A stretch of 64,000 bases of DNA, from assembly GCA_003344405.1 (NCBI GenBank), contig NOWV01000025.1, positions 248,001 through 312,000 on the forward strand. The letters are read 5' to 3'. Below the pieces are notes generated by a model. The model was given only the letters and a program-made list of their open reading frames with translations, did no database searches and was not told the DNA's origin. Both the position numbers and the translations under genes were made by a program. Position 1 is the first letter of the stretch. Each line of letters opens with the position of its first letter. The stretch comes from Trichoplax sp. H2 (taxonomy: Eukaryota). Shown here piece after piece: positions 1 to 11,000 of the stretch.

Positions 1-1750
1 ATATGAAATAAAATACGGAGATATGATAAAGTAATTCATAATACTGCGTCTTGCATGGGTGATATCGCATTTGGATTATTGAATTTTGACAACATAGGAT
101 TGTTTCCTATAGAGGATTTGAATCGATAGCTGGCGAGTAATTGCTGAGTATTTGTTTTGAGCTTGTTTGTCATTACGTAATTGCAGCGGCGCATTCTTGT
201 ATGTTAATCCCACTACATATCTGCTAGTGCGATGCACTCCTTACTGACGCTCCATCTATGGTGATTTATAGTGAGTTGTAGTCAAAGGATGGTATACATA
301 CATATATGGACTAGTTAGATGTTCTCGCGGTATAGTTTTATCTGGTAGTCCTAGGCCAATGGTCAATATATACTGTAAGGGTAAATACTTTACTAGACAG
401 GACCGTTTGAGTGGAATTGATTCATTAATTGATTCATGATTATTGAATACACAATAACTACTGCTGCAGCGCGAGTTATGAGCCTATTGGCTGCAAAGTA
501 ATAGTGCTAGATGTTGTAATTCACATACTACGCCTATGCAGAAAATATTAAACCACTGTTTCAGCTTGACTTGTATACTGACTGAACGGAGCGTACACGT
601 ACCAGTGACGGATGGTTCGAAATTTCAAAGAAATAAAATAACTCCATAATGCAGTCAAGATTATCGAAAAAAATATCAAGTGCCAATGGCTCAAGGTTGT
701 AGAGATCTGTCATGGTAAAAATTTAGCCAAATTTAAAGTAAATACCTTCAAAATTGAAAGACCTAATTAAGGGCTACACTATGGCTGAGCATTTGAGCAG
801 TTTTCAACCAGTATCTACTGTCTGTTGTTATATAAGATGGAATATAATAAATAAATACTGTGGATGTTATCAATATAACCACGGTACAGATGTACGCTTG
901 TACAGTGTACACATGCTAGCTGCCTACGTGTAAATTATACAGTATAGCATAGATAGATTGATATTCTGTTATGTCAGGTAGTAGCCTCCTCCTGCGTGTC
1001 TCTTTAACGTTCTACCTATGTGCGTTGATTCTCAATCTACAAATAAATCCACTCTTCATCCTCTCATCGTCTTTAATATCAAATATTGTGTATTTCAAGA
1101 AATCATCTTACATACTGTACTGTATGTTAGCGGGACGTTTGCAATCTACTTACTGTTTCGCAAACGTTCGCTAACATAGTGTCATAGGGCTCACCAAGCC
1201 CATGAAATGGTGGTGGCAAAATGATTGCAGGTAGCGCATCAAGAACAATATTAGACTACTATAGTCAATTTGGAAAATTACTATAGTAGCTGGTATCGGA
1301 AGGCTTTGTAGATTACTGTAGAAGACCGGTTTATTAAATGGTTGCATCGACTTGTATTATACAGTACTGTACAGTACATATGTAGTTCAATACGGCACGT
1401 ATTCGTAGTGACAAGAATCCATTCTTGAACTAATCTACACTCTACAGGCTTGGTTGTTAATGTAAAAGCACAAGACTGATGGCTTGTGTTTGCGGATGGG
1501 TGTGGTGCTGTTAATACTGTACCATGCTTCTGATATGGACTACAGATGTGAACTTGTCACTATTTTAGTCCAGTTTTTCTTTCTTTCTTGATTTAGTTCA
1601 CCGACTGAAAAGTACAAGCACTGTATGAGCAAGTCGTGTAACGTATACAGTAGATCTGCGCAGTCCGAATCAGTCGAGGTGTCACTTTTCTAGATCTAAC
1701 CTGTTTACGCTGTACTATTTACCTGTCAACAAGCTCAGAGATCGCTATGT

Positions 1751-2700
1751 AAATGAGCGCATCTCTTGCTAACGGTAGTATTATACCTCGTCTCTTCTCT
1801 TGTTATCTCTCTGTCTTTCTTTATTAATAAACATAGTTTTCTTGACTGTGAGTTGTACGTCTCTGCAAGTCTGCATACAACAGAATATATTACACAGTGT
1901 ACAGTGTACAGTACACTCTAAATGGAACATTCTACTGTACAGTACATACTGTACTGTGGGAAATGAGCGCATCTCTTGCTAACGGTAGTATTATACCTCG
2001 TCTCTCTCTTGTTATCCTCTCTGTCTTTCTTTAATAAACATCGTTTTCTCGACTGTGAGTTGTACAATGTACAGTACGTCTCTGCATACTGTACAGTACA
2101 ACAGAATATACTGTACTGTACTGTATTACACAGTGTACAGTACAGTACTGTACAGTACACTCTAAATGGAACATTCTACAGTACATACTGTACTGTACTG
2201 TGGGAAATGAGCGCATCTCTTGCTAACGGTAGTATTACTGTATACCTCGTCTCTCTCTTGTTATCCTCTCTGTCTTTCTTTAATAAACATAGTTTTCTCG
2301 ACTGTGAGTTGTACAGTACGTCTCTGCATACTGTACAACAGAATACAGTATACTGTATTACACGGTGTACAGTACAGTACTGTACACTCTAAATGGAACA
2401 TTCTACAGTACATACTGTACTGTACTGTGGGAAATGAGCGCATCTCTTGCTAACGGTAGTATTACTGTACAGTACTGTATACCTCGTCTCTCTCTTGTTA
2501 TCCTCTCTGTCTTTCTTTAATAAACATAGTTTTCTTGACTGTGAGTTGTACTGTACAGTACAGTCTTTCTTTAATAAACATAGTTTTCTTGACTGCGAGT
2601 TGTACGTCTCTGCATACAACAGAATATACTACACAGTGTACAGTGTACAGTGTACAGTACACTCCAAATGGAACATTCTACTGTACAGTACATACTGTAG
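1751..2700. repeat. Tandem array of 4 units (~210-270 bp) riddled with CAGTA/CTGTA insertions
   Basis: Unit head AAATGAGCGCATCTCTTGCTAACGGTAGTATTA at 1751, 1961, 2205 and 2432. The fourth copy has an internal ~32-bp duplication (TCTTTCTTTAATAAACATAGTTTTCTTGACTG). Confidence 0.95.
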
Positions 2701-3130
2701 GAATGAGTCATACTGAGTCATAGTGTACATACACTGTGCAGTACACAGTACAACGCAGCAAGTCGTGAGTCATACAGTACACTACACTACAGTACAGTGA
2801 CTATGGTCTGTACTGTACGGTACTGTACTACTGGAACAATGAGGTTTGTACTGTACACTCTACACTCTACAAGCGGTACTAGGAACAGACTGCGCTGACT
2901 GGAAATCGCAAGAACAAGTTTTGTATGACAAAAATCATCAATAAACGACTTGCAGTTAGACCGGACAGTTGCAGTAACCGCCGATCCTATAGTAATAGCA
3001 AGGCGTAGAGACGTGTTCATCCATGATCGGTTTTGAATTTTCTCCCTATTTTTATTTTGCGTGGTGCTAGTAGTTGAAAAGAAATTGGCGTTATAGGAAA
3101 CATCTAAATCGCAAGTGTCATCCTCTATCG

Positions 3131-3963
3131 GTAAGTAAGTGAAGAGAATTAATTTTACTTTCTGATTAGCCATCATCCATGTCCATGTTGGATTAGTGCG
3201 GCGGCATCATGCACTTTGATGTGCTGACCGTACTCCCATACTGGGCGGTTGATTTTAGCCCACCATGGTATCGTCGAGAGAGGGTTCCGTTAACGCGCTA
3301 ACCCCTCTCCTAGTCACCATGGTACACTGGTACTGGACCAGTGCGGGGCAAGGGATGCCATCGGGAAGATGGAATAGCTTGCTTGCAATCGAATTTTTTC
3401 ATACCAAATATTCTTGCCTTGAGAATACTTGTAGCCTTGATTTCTACGTTAGGCTAGACAGCGCTATATAGCGATGGCCTTGGAGTCGGTAGGCTTCCAC
3501 GGTCGAAGGATTGATGAGTTGATCATTGGCAGCGCGATATCCAGCGATAATAATTGATCAAGCATGATCGACGCTAGCCTATCGATGAATCAGGGCTGCA
3601 AGTTTGATTTTGGTCACAACATTTTTTTTTTCATGACTTGATGTTTTGCGATAATGATATCATAACTTACCATCATGTTAACATTACAACTAGATGTTCT
3701 TCTCATCAACAAAAATAAAATAAGAATAAACACTTACCCTTGATTGTCGACAAATGACTTGAAAAATTGGCTTAATTGACGCTTAACATGTGCATTTATT
3801 TTGATACGGATCGTATACAAATGGCTGTACTTTTGGGTAGACGCCTGCTTCTTGTTGCTCTATTTTAAAGCATGTTCCCAATTTCTCTGATTCAATGTTT
3901 CAACTCTTAGCCCGTTACCCTTTCTTTTTTATCGCACAATCGCTTCCATTTTTTTTTTTATAG
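3131..3963 (+). other. Putative intron of a non-coding host transcript enclosing the structured element
   Basis: Donor CG|GTAAGT at 3131 and strong acceptor TTTTTTTTTTTATAG| ending at 3963. Sequence after 3963 has stops in all three frames within ~30 nt. Confidence 0.4.
3218..3631 (+). ncRNA. Candidate structured non-coding RNA of unknown class (~410 nt)
   Basis: GC-richer island with about ten back-to-back hairpins, long-range closing stems (3218-3230/3611-3623; 3381-3387/3597-3603), G-U pairs favouring the + strand, and a terminal T10 run. No family recognised. Confidence 0.55.
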
Positions 3964-6900
3964 GATATCCAGTAAACTTTGTGGAGTAGAATAGAGTTTA
4001 CAAGCTTACGGTAGAATGATGAACGCGTATGTAGAAAACTTTAACCCACCTAGTTGCTATCAGGACTTGAATCATCAACAGTTTCGACTCGTATTTGAAG
4101 TTGAGAAAAGAATTCACTGTCCCAACTCTTCTATTTGAGAATGGACGACATAGTTTAATGATGGGACTACAACAATGTTAACATCTTAATCAACGTTATG
4201 CGTACGGCTATCCGTTGTGCTGACCGATAGCACAGTCATGAAAAAGGCCGTGCCACAGGATCCAACTCACTTTTCACGTAGTGTTTCCCGTTGGCATATT
4301 TCATTATTTAAAAGAATTTGGATTAATCTAATCCAATTGCTATGATACAAGGCTATAAACTATAGATTCGTATTTTTAATCAAGAAGGGATGATTAACTA
4401 TCTAAGCTAGGTGGAAATTATACTAGAACATACTCATAGATATGACTGCAAGGTACTTGCTTTTACTGTACTTATGATGCTTTACAAAACAGGCTTTTGT
4501 ATCTTTTCTCTTCTACAACTGCATTTCCTTAAGTCTATAAACTTGATACGGCGATGTCATTTGCAACCCAAAAGTATAAACAGTCATGCAATCGTTGCTC
4601 GCTTCGACTCGCTAATTTTCCTGTATTAGTTTTGCTTAGATAAACCGTAGAACAAATGGACGACCTTTTAATTAAAATTTCTTTCCAAGCTCCCATTTTT
4701 GGTGTACCTCTGCACATTCATCGGCAATTGCAGACGTTAGCATCGTCTATTTCACAACATGGGAAATTCATGATTATATATGGAGGCCAGACTGATGATG
4801 AACAATAAGGCAATAGAATAGAGATCATCAATCTTGTTATTTTTTTGAAGAGAAGATGAAGAGTAAGTTTTTACGCCGATTAAAGTATCAGATTGCAACT
4901 AAATCAGCTTTCAACTTCGTAAACACATACGTTCCCATCCGTATACTGTAAGAAAAGCTTACTTAACATTCCCCATTAATATTGGATCGCTACAGGGATA
5001 TACAGTACTTTGAATAAAAAAATTGACCGAAAGATGATGGAAGTTAAGATCGTTTGACTATGCGATATGTTTGAGATTTTTCAGTTTTCTTATTTTGTGT
5101 ACGCAATATTTGCCACAATTTATTTGCCTACTTCCAAGTTCTTCTTAAGCTCAAATTTTATGGAAGAAATAACTAATTGAGGATTACTACATATTACTGT
5201 AGTCGATGCATAGAATTTTGTGTTCGACTAGAGGCGAGAATCATATCCTTTCTCTTAAATCATTTTTTTGTGTTGGTAAAAGTTTATATATTCAACCACG
5301 AACGATCGGCTATTTTGACATTTCCCATGTCGCGCTAGTTTGATATACAGTACAGTAGGCTATTTATGTAATTGTTCAAATAGACGCGCATTATTACTGA
5401 TGTGTTAAAGATTTGCATGGGTTTTAGCAGTAATTTGTTAGTCTGACACAAATAGTTCTGTTTTCCTTCCTGATCATTAATTTAGCAAGTGCTTCAACTT
5501 TTGATATGAAACAACTGTATGCTTCTAGTTATTGCTTGTTAATACTGCATAATTCTCAAATAAATGAAGTATACGCTAAAATACAATTGTTTCTATATCT
5601 TTTAATTAATTATTATACTTAGCTAATGTCGATGATTACTTGGATCACTTGATCAATATCACTTCTAGTACTGTATAATTATACTTGGAGTAGACGGCTA
5701 AGTTAAATCGCTGAACTTTTCCCTCGAATAATAATCTTTTCCTTAATAATATGTCATTTTAATCTTTTGTCATTAGTAAAGTACGCGTAGAGTACAGTAT
5801 ATTGATAGTGGGGTCTTCGAGGTTTGCGAACGCTTGGTAAAATCGCGGCCAATTTTAGACTAGGAATAGCAATAACTATTTAGGGGAAGAATGAATTATT
5901 TGCAATGTACTACAGCGTAACTACCTAATCGCAAGGATATGATATACGTAGTACTGTCTACCGTGTACGATAGAGTAGTCATCAGTCGACGATGATGACT
6001 TTGAAAATGCAAGCTTGTAAAACAGCGGTAAAGTCAATAATAATAAATGCTGTCTTCAACACCAACGCAAAATGGATGTCAATAATCGTAATAATAGCTT
6101 CTACCAGTTTTATCATATTCAACTATACTAACTATGATGTAGTATACGGAGAATATCATACAAACTAAAAATGAAATTTTAACGGAAAAATTAGTACTGT
6201 ACTGCTTTCGATATGTTGGGCGGTCGGGCAAATAATTGAATATCATCATGCTTTTATGCTTTTTAACTTGCTATCCAGTCCAGTTTGCAACATACTGTAT
6301 TGATAATAATGATATATTTCCACTTTGTTCTTTTACTCTATGGATACGTTTGGATACACGTGTTGCAAAATGATCTATCATGAATTTTTGATGTTATAAT
6401 ATGTTGTCCAATCTTTGACTACAGTCCCTAGAGAAGTTTAGAACAACTCGTCAATATACTACACATTGGCATCGTTCTATCATGAGTCATAGTAATGAAT
6501 AAGACAAACTTTCAAATGACCTCCTGCAGAGCTAACATTCATATCGTTATTACCAATGAAAAATAGAATAGATCAAACCATCTGCTATTTAAATAATTAC
6601 ATTCGCCTTTGGCCGTTGGTCATAATGAGTTGATTCTGGTGTAACGTAATTTTTCTATTTCCATTTTACAGCTTATAAGTGCAATAATTACTCTTATCGT
6701 GATAATATAATTAATATGGAAAAAATTTCAACCAAATCGCCATCATTAAAAATGAAATTGACAGTACAAGTGTTTTCAACCAACTTGATAATATTAATAA
6801 TCAATTGTTAACTTGATAATGTTATTCAACTAATTGCTTTTCTATCAATTGAAATACACTACCTACTATATAACAAATGAAAATCATTTTAGAGATGTAA

Positions 6901-8094
6901 ATTACATCGTGATAGATTGGTTTTATAATGTCAATTATAGTTATTCCATTGGCTTAATGATAACATTACTTGGCGTTTATATATAAGCTTTACTAGGAAG
7001 AATTGAAATTTCACTTTCTATCAATTTTTACGTATAACTCGTATACTACATTTTCGTAGACTTAATCATATCTTCCTAATTGTATTGCTGAAATACGAAT
7101 AACTACTGCACCATTATAACGACGTAGTGTAAGTGTACATTTACATTAATGCGGTAAACGGTGGAAAGGTCAACAATTAATTAACTATACTATAAGAAAA
7201 TGAATTTGGCCCAGTAGATTAACAATACAGCATGAATTCTCTAAGCTTTGATTTTTTTTTTGGTTATTGCAAGCGACAATGAATGCAGTTGAAGGCTGCT
7301 TTCCGTCGAATTTCATTATAAGTATTGCTTTCAGCTGGATGCTGCCTACCAAATACACTATAGTATACGTATAATAACGACAGTAGAAATAACAGGACAT
7401 GTTACTACCAAGCCAGTGAATGATACAACTTCTCTATTTTACTTAAAAAATTTGGTCTGCTTGGAGGTTCTATAGTATGCTTCTTGTCCATGGTGATACT
7501 ATTTATAGAGGATAGTTATTTCTACTTTTTGCATCATTTCCTCTAATATCATGGCTGATATGGAGCTTTATTTTCAATTACTGTACCATAAAATTTTTCA
7601 TCTATTAACCACAAGGAAGAATTGTTATAGTTTATACGTACAATGTAAATATATAACGGTCGGGATTCGCTATCATTTTAATATTGAATTCCAAATGAGG
7701 TACCACTCATCTATAACATATGTTCTAAAGATTGAATTTTATAAATACTGTCGAGCTAGTTTTTAAAATAAGCTACACTACACACATTGCAATAAAATGA
7801 ATTAATTGAAATGTTGAAATAGGTTACTACCAAAAATATAATTATCTTCGAAGTAGCGATTTGCCTTAATGGATGAGTACATTTGTAACCTTTGTAGTAC
7901 CTGCATTACATTGATATTATTTATCTAGCGTGAATCTCTCTAACCGATTATAGGCTGTAGCTACATGATATATCGTTTATATGCTATTCTACTTTTAACC
8001 GAGTAATTAGGCAATTATGTTGCATCTCTTTATAGTGGAATATTATTATGTGTTAAATAGCTAATGGTTGGCTTTTTTCATTTCACAGATTGCA

Positions 8095-11000
8095 ATGAAG
8101 CAAATAATATTGTCCATCATTCTCCTGCACTTCTTCGTACATGGTAAGTCATATCGTAATGATTTCACTAACTTTACTGTCAAGATAATTTCTTTACAGG
8201 AATTAGAAAGAGTATTTGTCTCCTCATGGCTATATTGGATATACAAACGCTATCAGTTTATAGCTATAGATTGAATGACATATTTCTATTGATGATTCTG
8301 ACGATTTGTCTCCTCATGGCTATATTGGATATACAAATGCTATCAGTTTATAGCTACAGATTAAATGACATATTTCTATTGATAATTCTGACGATAGCTT
8401 AACAGTAGAAAAGCCAAGGCCAATTATCATACAGCTTACATTGACATCCTTTTTTTGAATAGACTCACAATATCTTTGGTAATAGTATGAATCAGTTTAT
8501 GCTTTTTTTAGCGGAGGATAGATGACTGTACTATCGATTTACAACGTATTTACAAGTTATTAACTGTAAAATTATAATATAAGTAGATGTCATTGCACTA
8601 TGATTTTCAGTTTTAGATTTTGTAGTAGAGAATGAGTTAATACAATCGCTCTTTTTATAAAATCAGATTCTAACGCAAACAACACTGCTGCTCTTCCATT
8701 TATACCTATAGAGTTTACGCACAATTAGCTTAAATTTTTAAAAATTAATTTTGTCCCGGAACACGAATATTCGAGTTATATAATACACAGAAGGAATTTT
8801 TTAATAGCGGAAGTACAGTAGTTATTCGTAAGCAAAAGCCATAAAATATTAAAATATATGCTGATTACTTACTACTAGTAAAATTATTCGAAAATAATAT
8901 ACCATAGTTCTGGTTGGATAAAACTTCTATCATGGAAGTAAAGAATAAACATTAGTGCAGTTAACGATGAATAATTGTTATGGCTAGTGATCTAGTTGTG
9001 CACTTATAGCGAATTGTTTTCAACAGTTGTTGAGCTTGCTGTAATGTCTTTGTCTATTTCAATATTGTAATCAAAATTATAATACTTGATGACTTTAGTA
9101 ATCGCACAAGGGACGTTTAGTCGAAGGAACATTAATGTTGGCCAACGTCTTGAGATAGCTTGCCCAGCTGCCAGCTCAAATGCAGTTGGTTGGATTTCAA
9201 ATAAGAATGGAGCCAATGTAACGCTTGCGACCAGAGACACCAACAACGCAGTTTCTACTCAATTTCCTTCAAATGTCCGTTACAGCGTAACTAGTTCATT
9301 TACATTGATTATTACGGATATCGAAATATCTGATGAAGCAATGTTTTGGTGTGCTCCTTCAAACTCTCAAAACTCTCCTTTAGCAGCAATCTACGCAGTA
9401 ACAGTTACAGGTTATTTATTACTCTTCATTCTTCAAGAATTTTCATTCCATTAACTGATTAATTAACAATTTTATCTTCTATTTAAATTGCAGTTCCATT
9501 AACAATCGATTTGCCTAGCGAGACCTCAACAGACTCTGGTGGTACGTTATCGCTTGATTGTAAGGCATCTGGTAGACCTACACCCACAACATTTAGATGG
9601 CTAAGGAATGGTAACGTTATCAGCTCATCGAGAACCCTAACTATATTTAGTGCTAAAGTTTCTGACGCAGGTACTTATACCTGCTATGTTAATAACTCAA
9701 TTGGGATGGTCGCTCGACGAGATGTCATCGTCAGAGTTCGCTGTAAGAAAAAAATCTCAAATTTGCGCTGTTTTTGATATGGATTCAATCTATGCTTTTG
9801 TAATAAATTTATGAGTTTATTTATGTTTGCAGATTTTCAAATGCAAGATAGAGGTACTATTATTATCGTTGCCAACTCAGGTGAGAATGTTGTACTTGGC
9901 TGCCTTGGACAGGGATATCCGCCTATTAATCGTACTTGGACAGTTGGCACACCTGTTAGCCGCTATCAGAAATTGTCCAATGGATCGTATTATATATTGA
10001 ATGTTAACCGTAGTGATGATTATCATCAAAACGGTAATAGATTCTTTACCTGTCGAGCTACAAATGGTGCACAAACCGCCATTGTAAATTATGAATTGGA
10101 TGTCCACTGTAAGCAATACTTCTACTTGAGAATTATTTATAACTTATAAATAATTTTTCAATACATATGCATGTAAAAACATTTTTAACTACGGTCGTTA
10201 TGTATTGAAATAAAATCAATTTTCTCGTTAGTCCCGGCTCGTACTAAATTTTAATTTAATTTGTTTAGATTTCAATCCGTATACAGCATTTGCTTCGTCA
10301 TCATATCTCGTAAGAAATGAATCTGACATTGTAGCGCTTCCATGCGCAGCTGATTCTAATCCAAATTCTTGGGTGACCTGGTACTCAAATGGCAATATTG
10401 TAAGCAGGTTACGCAATCGTAACATTTACTCTCTAACCCTTCAGAGGAGTAGTACTGGCAGTTATGGATGTAATATTGCTTACCAAAGTCAGCGTCGCTG
10501 GAGAAATCTTACAATTGTAGTACAATGTAAGATAAAGCATTGATAAAAAATGATTCATTTCTGTCTATTTACAATAAAAGTTTGATTTAGGATTTATTGA
10601 TATACGGTGGGCGTTAATTTTAAATAATGCGATTAATTAATTCACATACTGACATTGAAAATGGTATTTACTATCGATTATTTCACTATCGTACAGATGC
10701 CCCACAAAGTGTAAAGATTGATTCTACGAATGTTAATAAAGCAGCGATCGGTAGCGTTTCGACAATGCGTTGTGTAGCAGAAGCATTGCCAGCACCTAAA
10801 TACATCTGGCAGAAAAATGGTCAACCGTATAATGGACCGGCCGATGTTGGCAATGGTTCGCTTGTTTTTACATCAGTAAAAAAAGATGACAGTGGCAACT
10901 ATCGGTGTATTGCAAATAACATGCTCGGTGAAGCATCATTGACTATTTCCTTTACTGTTTATGGTACGTATCTTACCAGAACATAAAAATATCCTTAGAT

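Noticed and set aside
1751..2700. CRISPR-like array or intact transposon
   Set aside because: Whole units are homologous with no unique spacers, there are no cas genes, the context is eukaryotic, and no terminal inverted repeats or transposase ORF were seen.
1781..2723. Cluster of overlapping C/Y/T/V/Q-rich ORFs on both strands
   Set aside because: By-products of the CAGTA/CTGTA-rich tandem array; 5-nt indels between copies shift frames, so no coding constraint.
3297..3307. CTAACCC as a telomerase RNA template
   Set aside because: It reads CTAACCCCT (extra C), lies in a predicted stem, and I could not find a pseudoknot or CR4/5 P6.1 element.
3511..3565. Hammerhead ribozyme core or box C (TTGATGAG + stem)
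   Set aside because: No CTGATGA and no GAAA after the stem; no properly placed CTGA box D.
3394..3631. Pol III gene ending at the T10 run
   Set aside because: The internal T6 at 3394-3399 would terminate early, and no clear A/B boxes or upstream TATA were seen.
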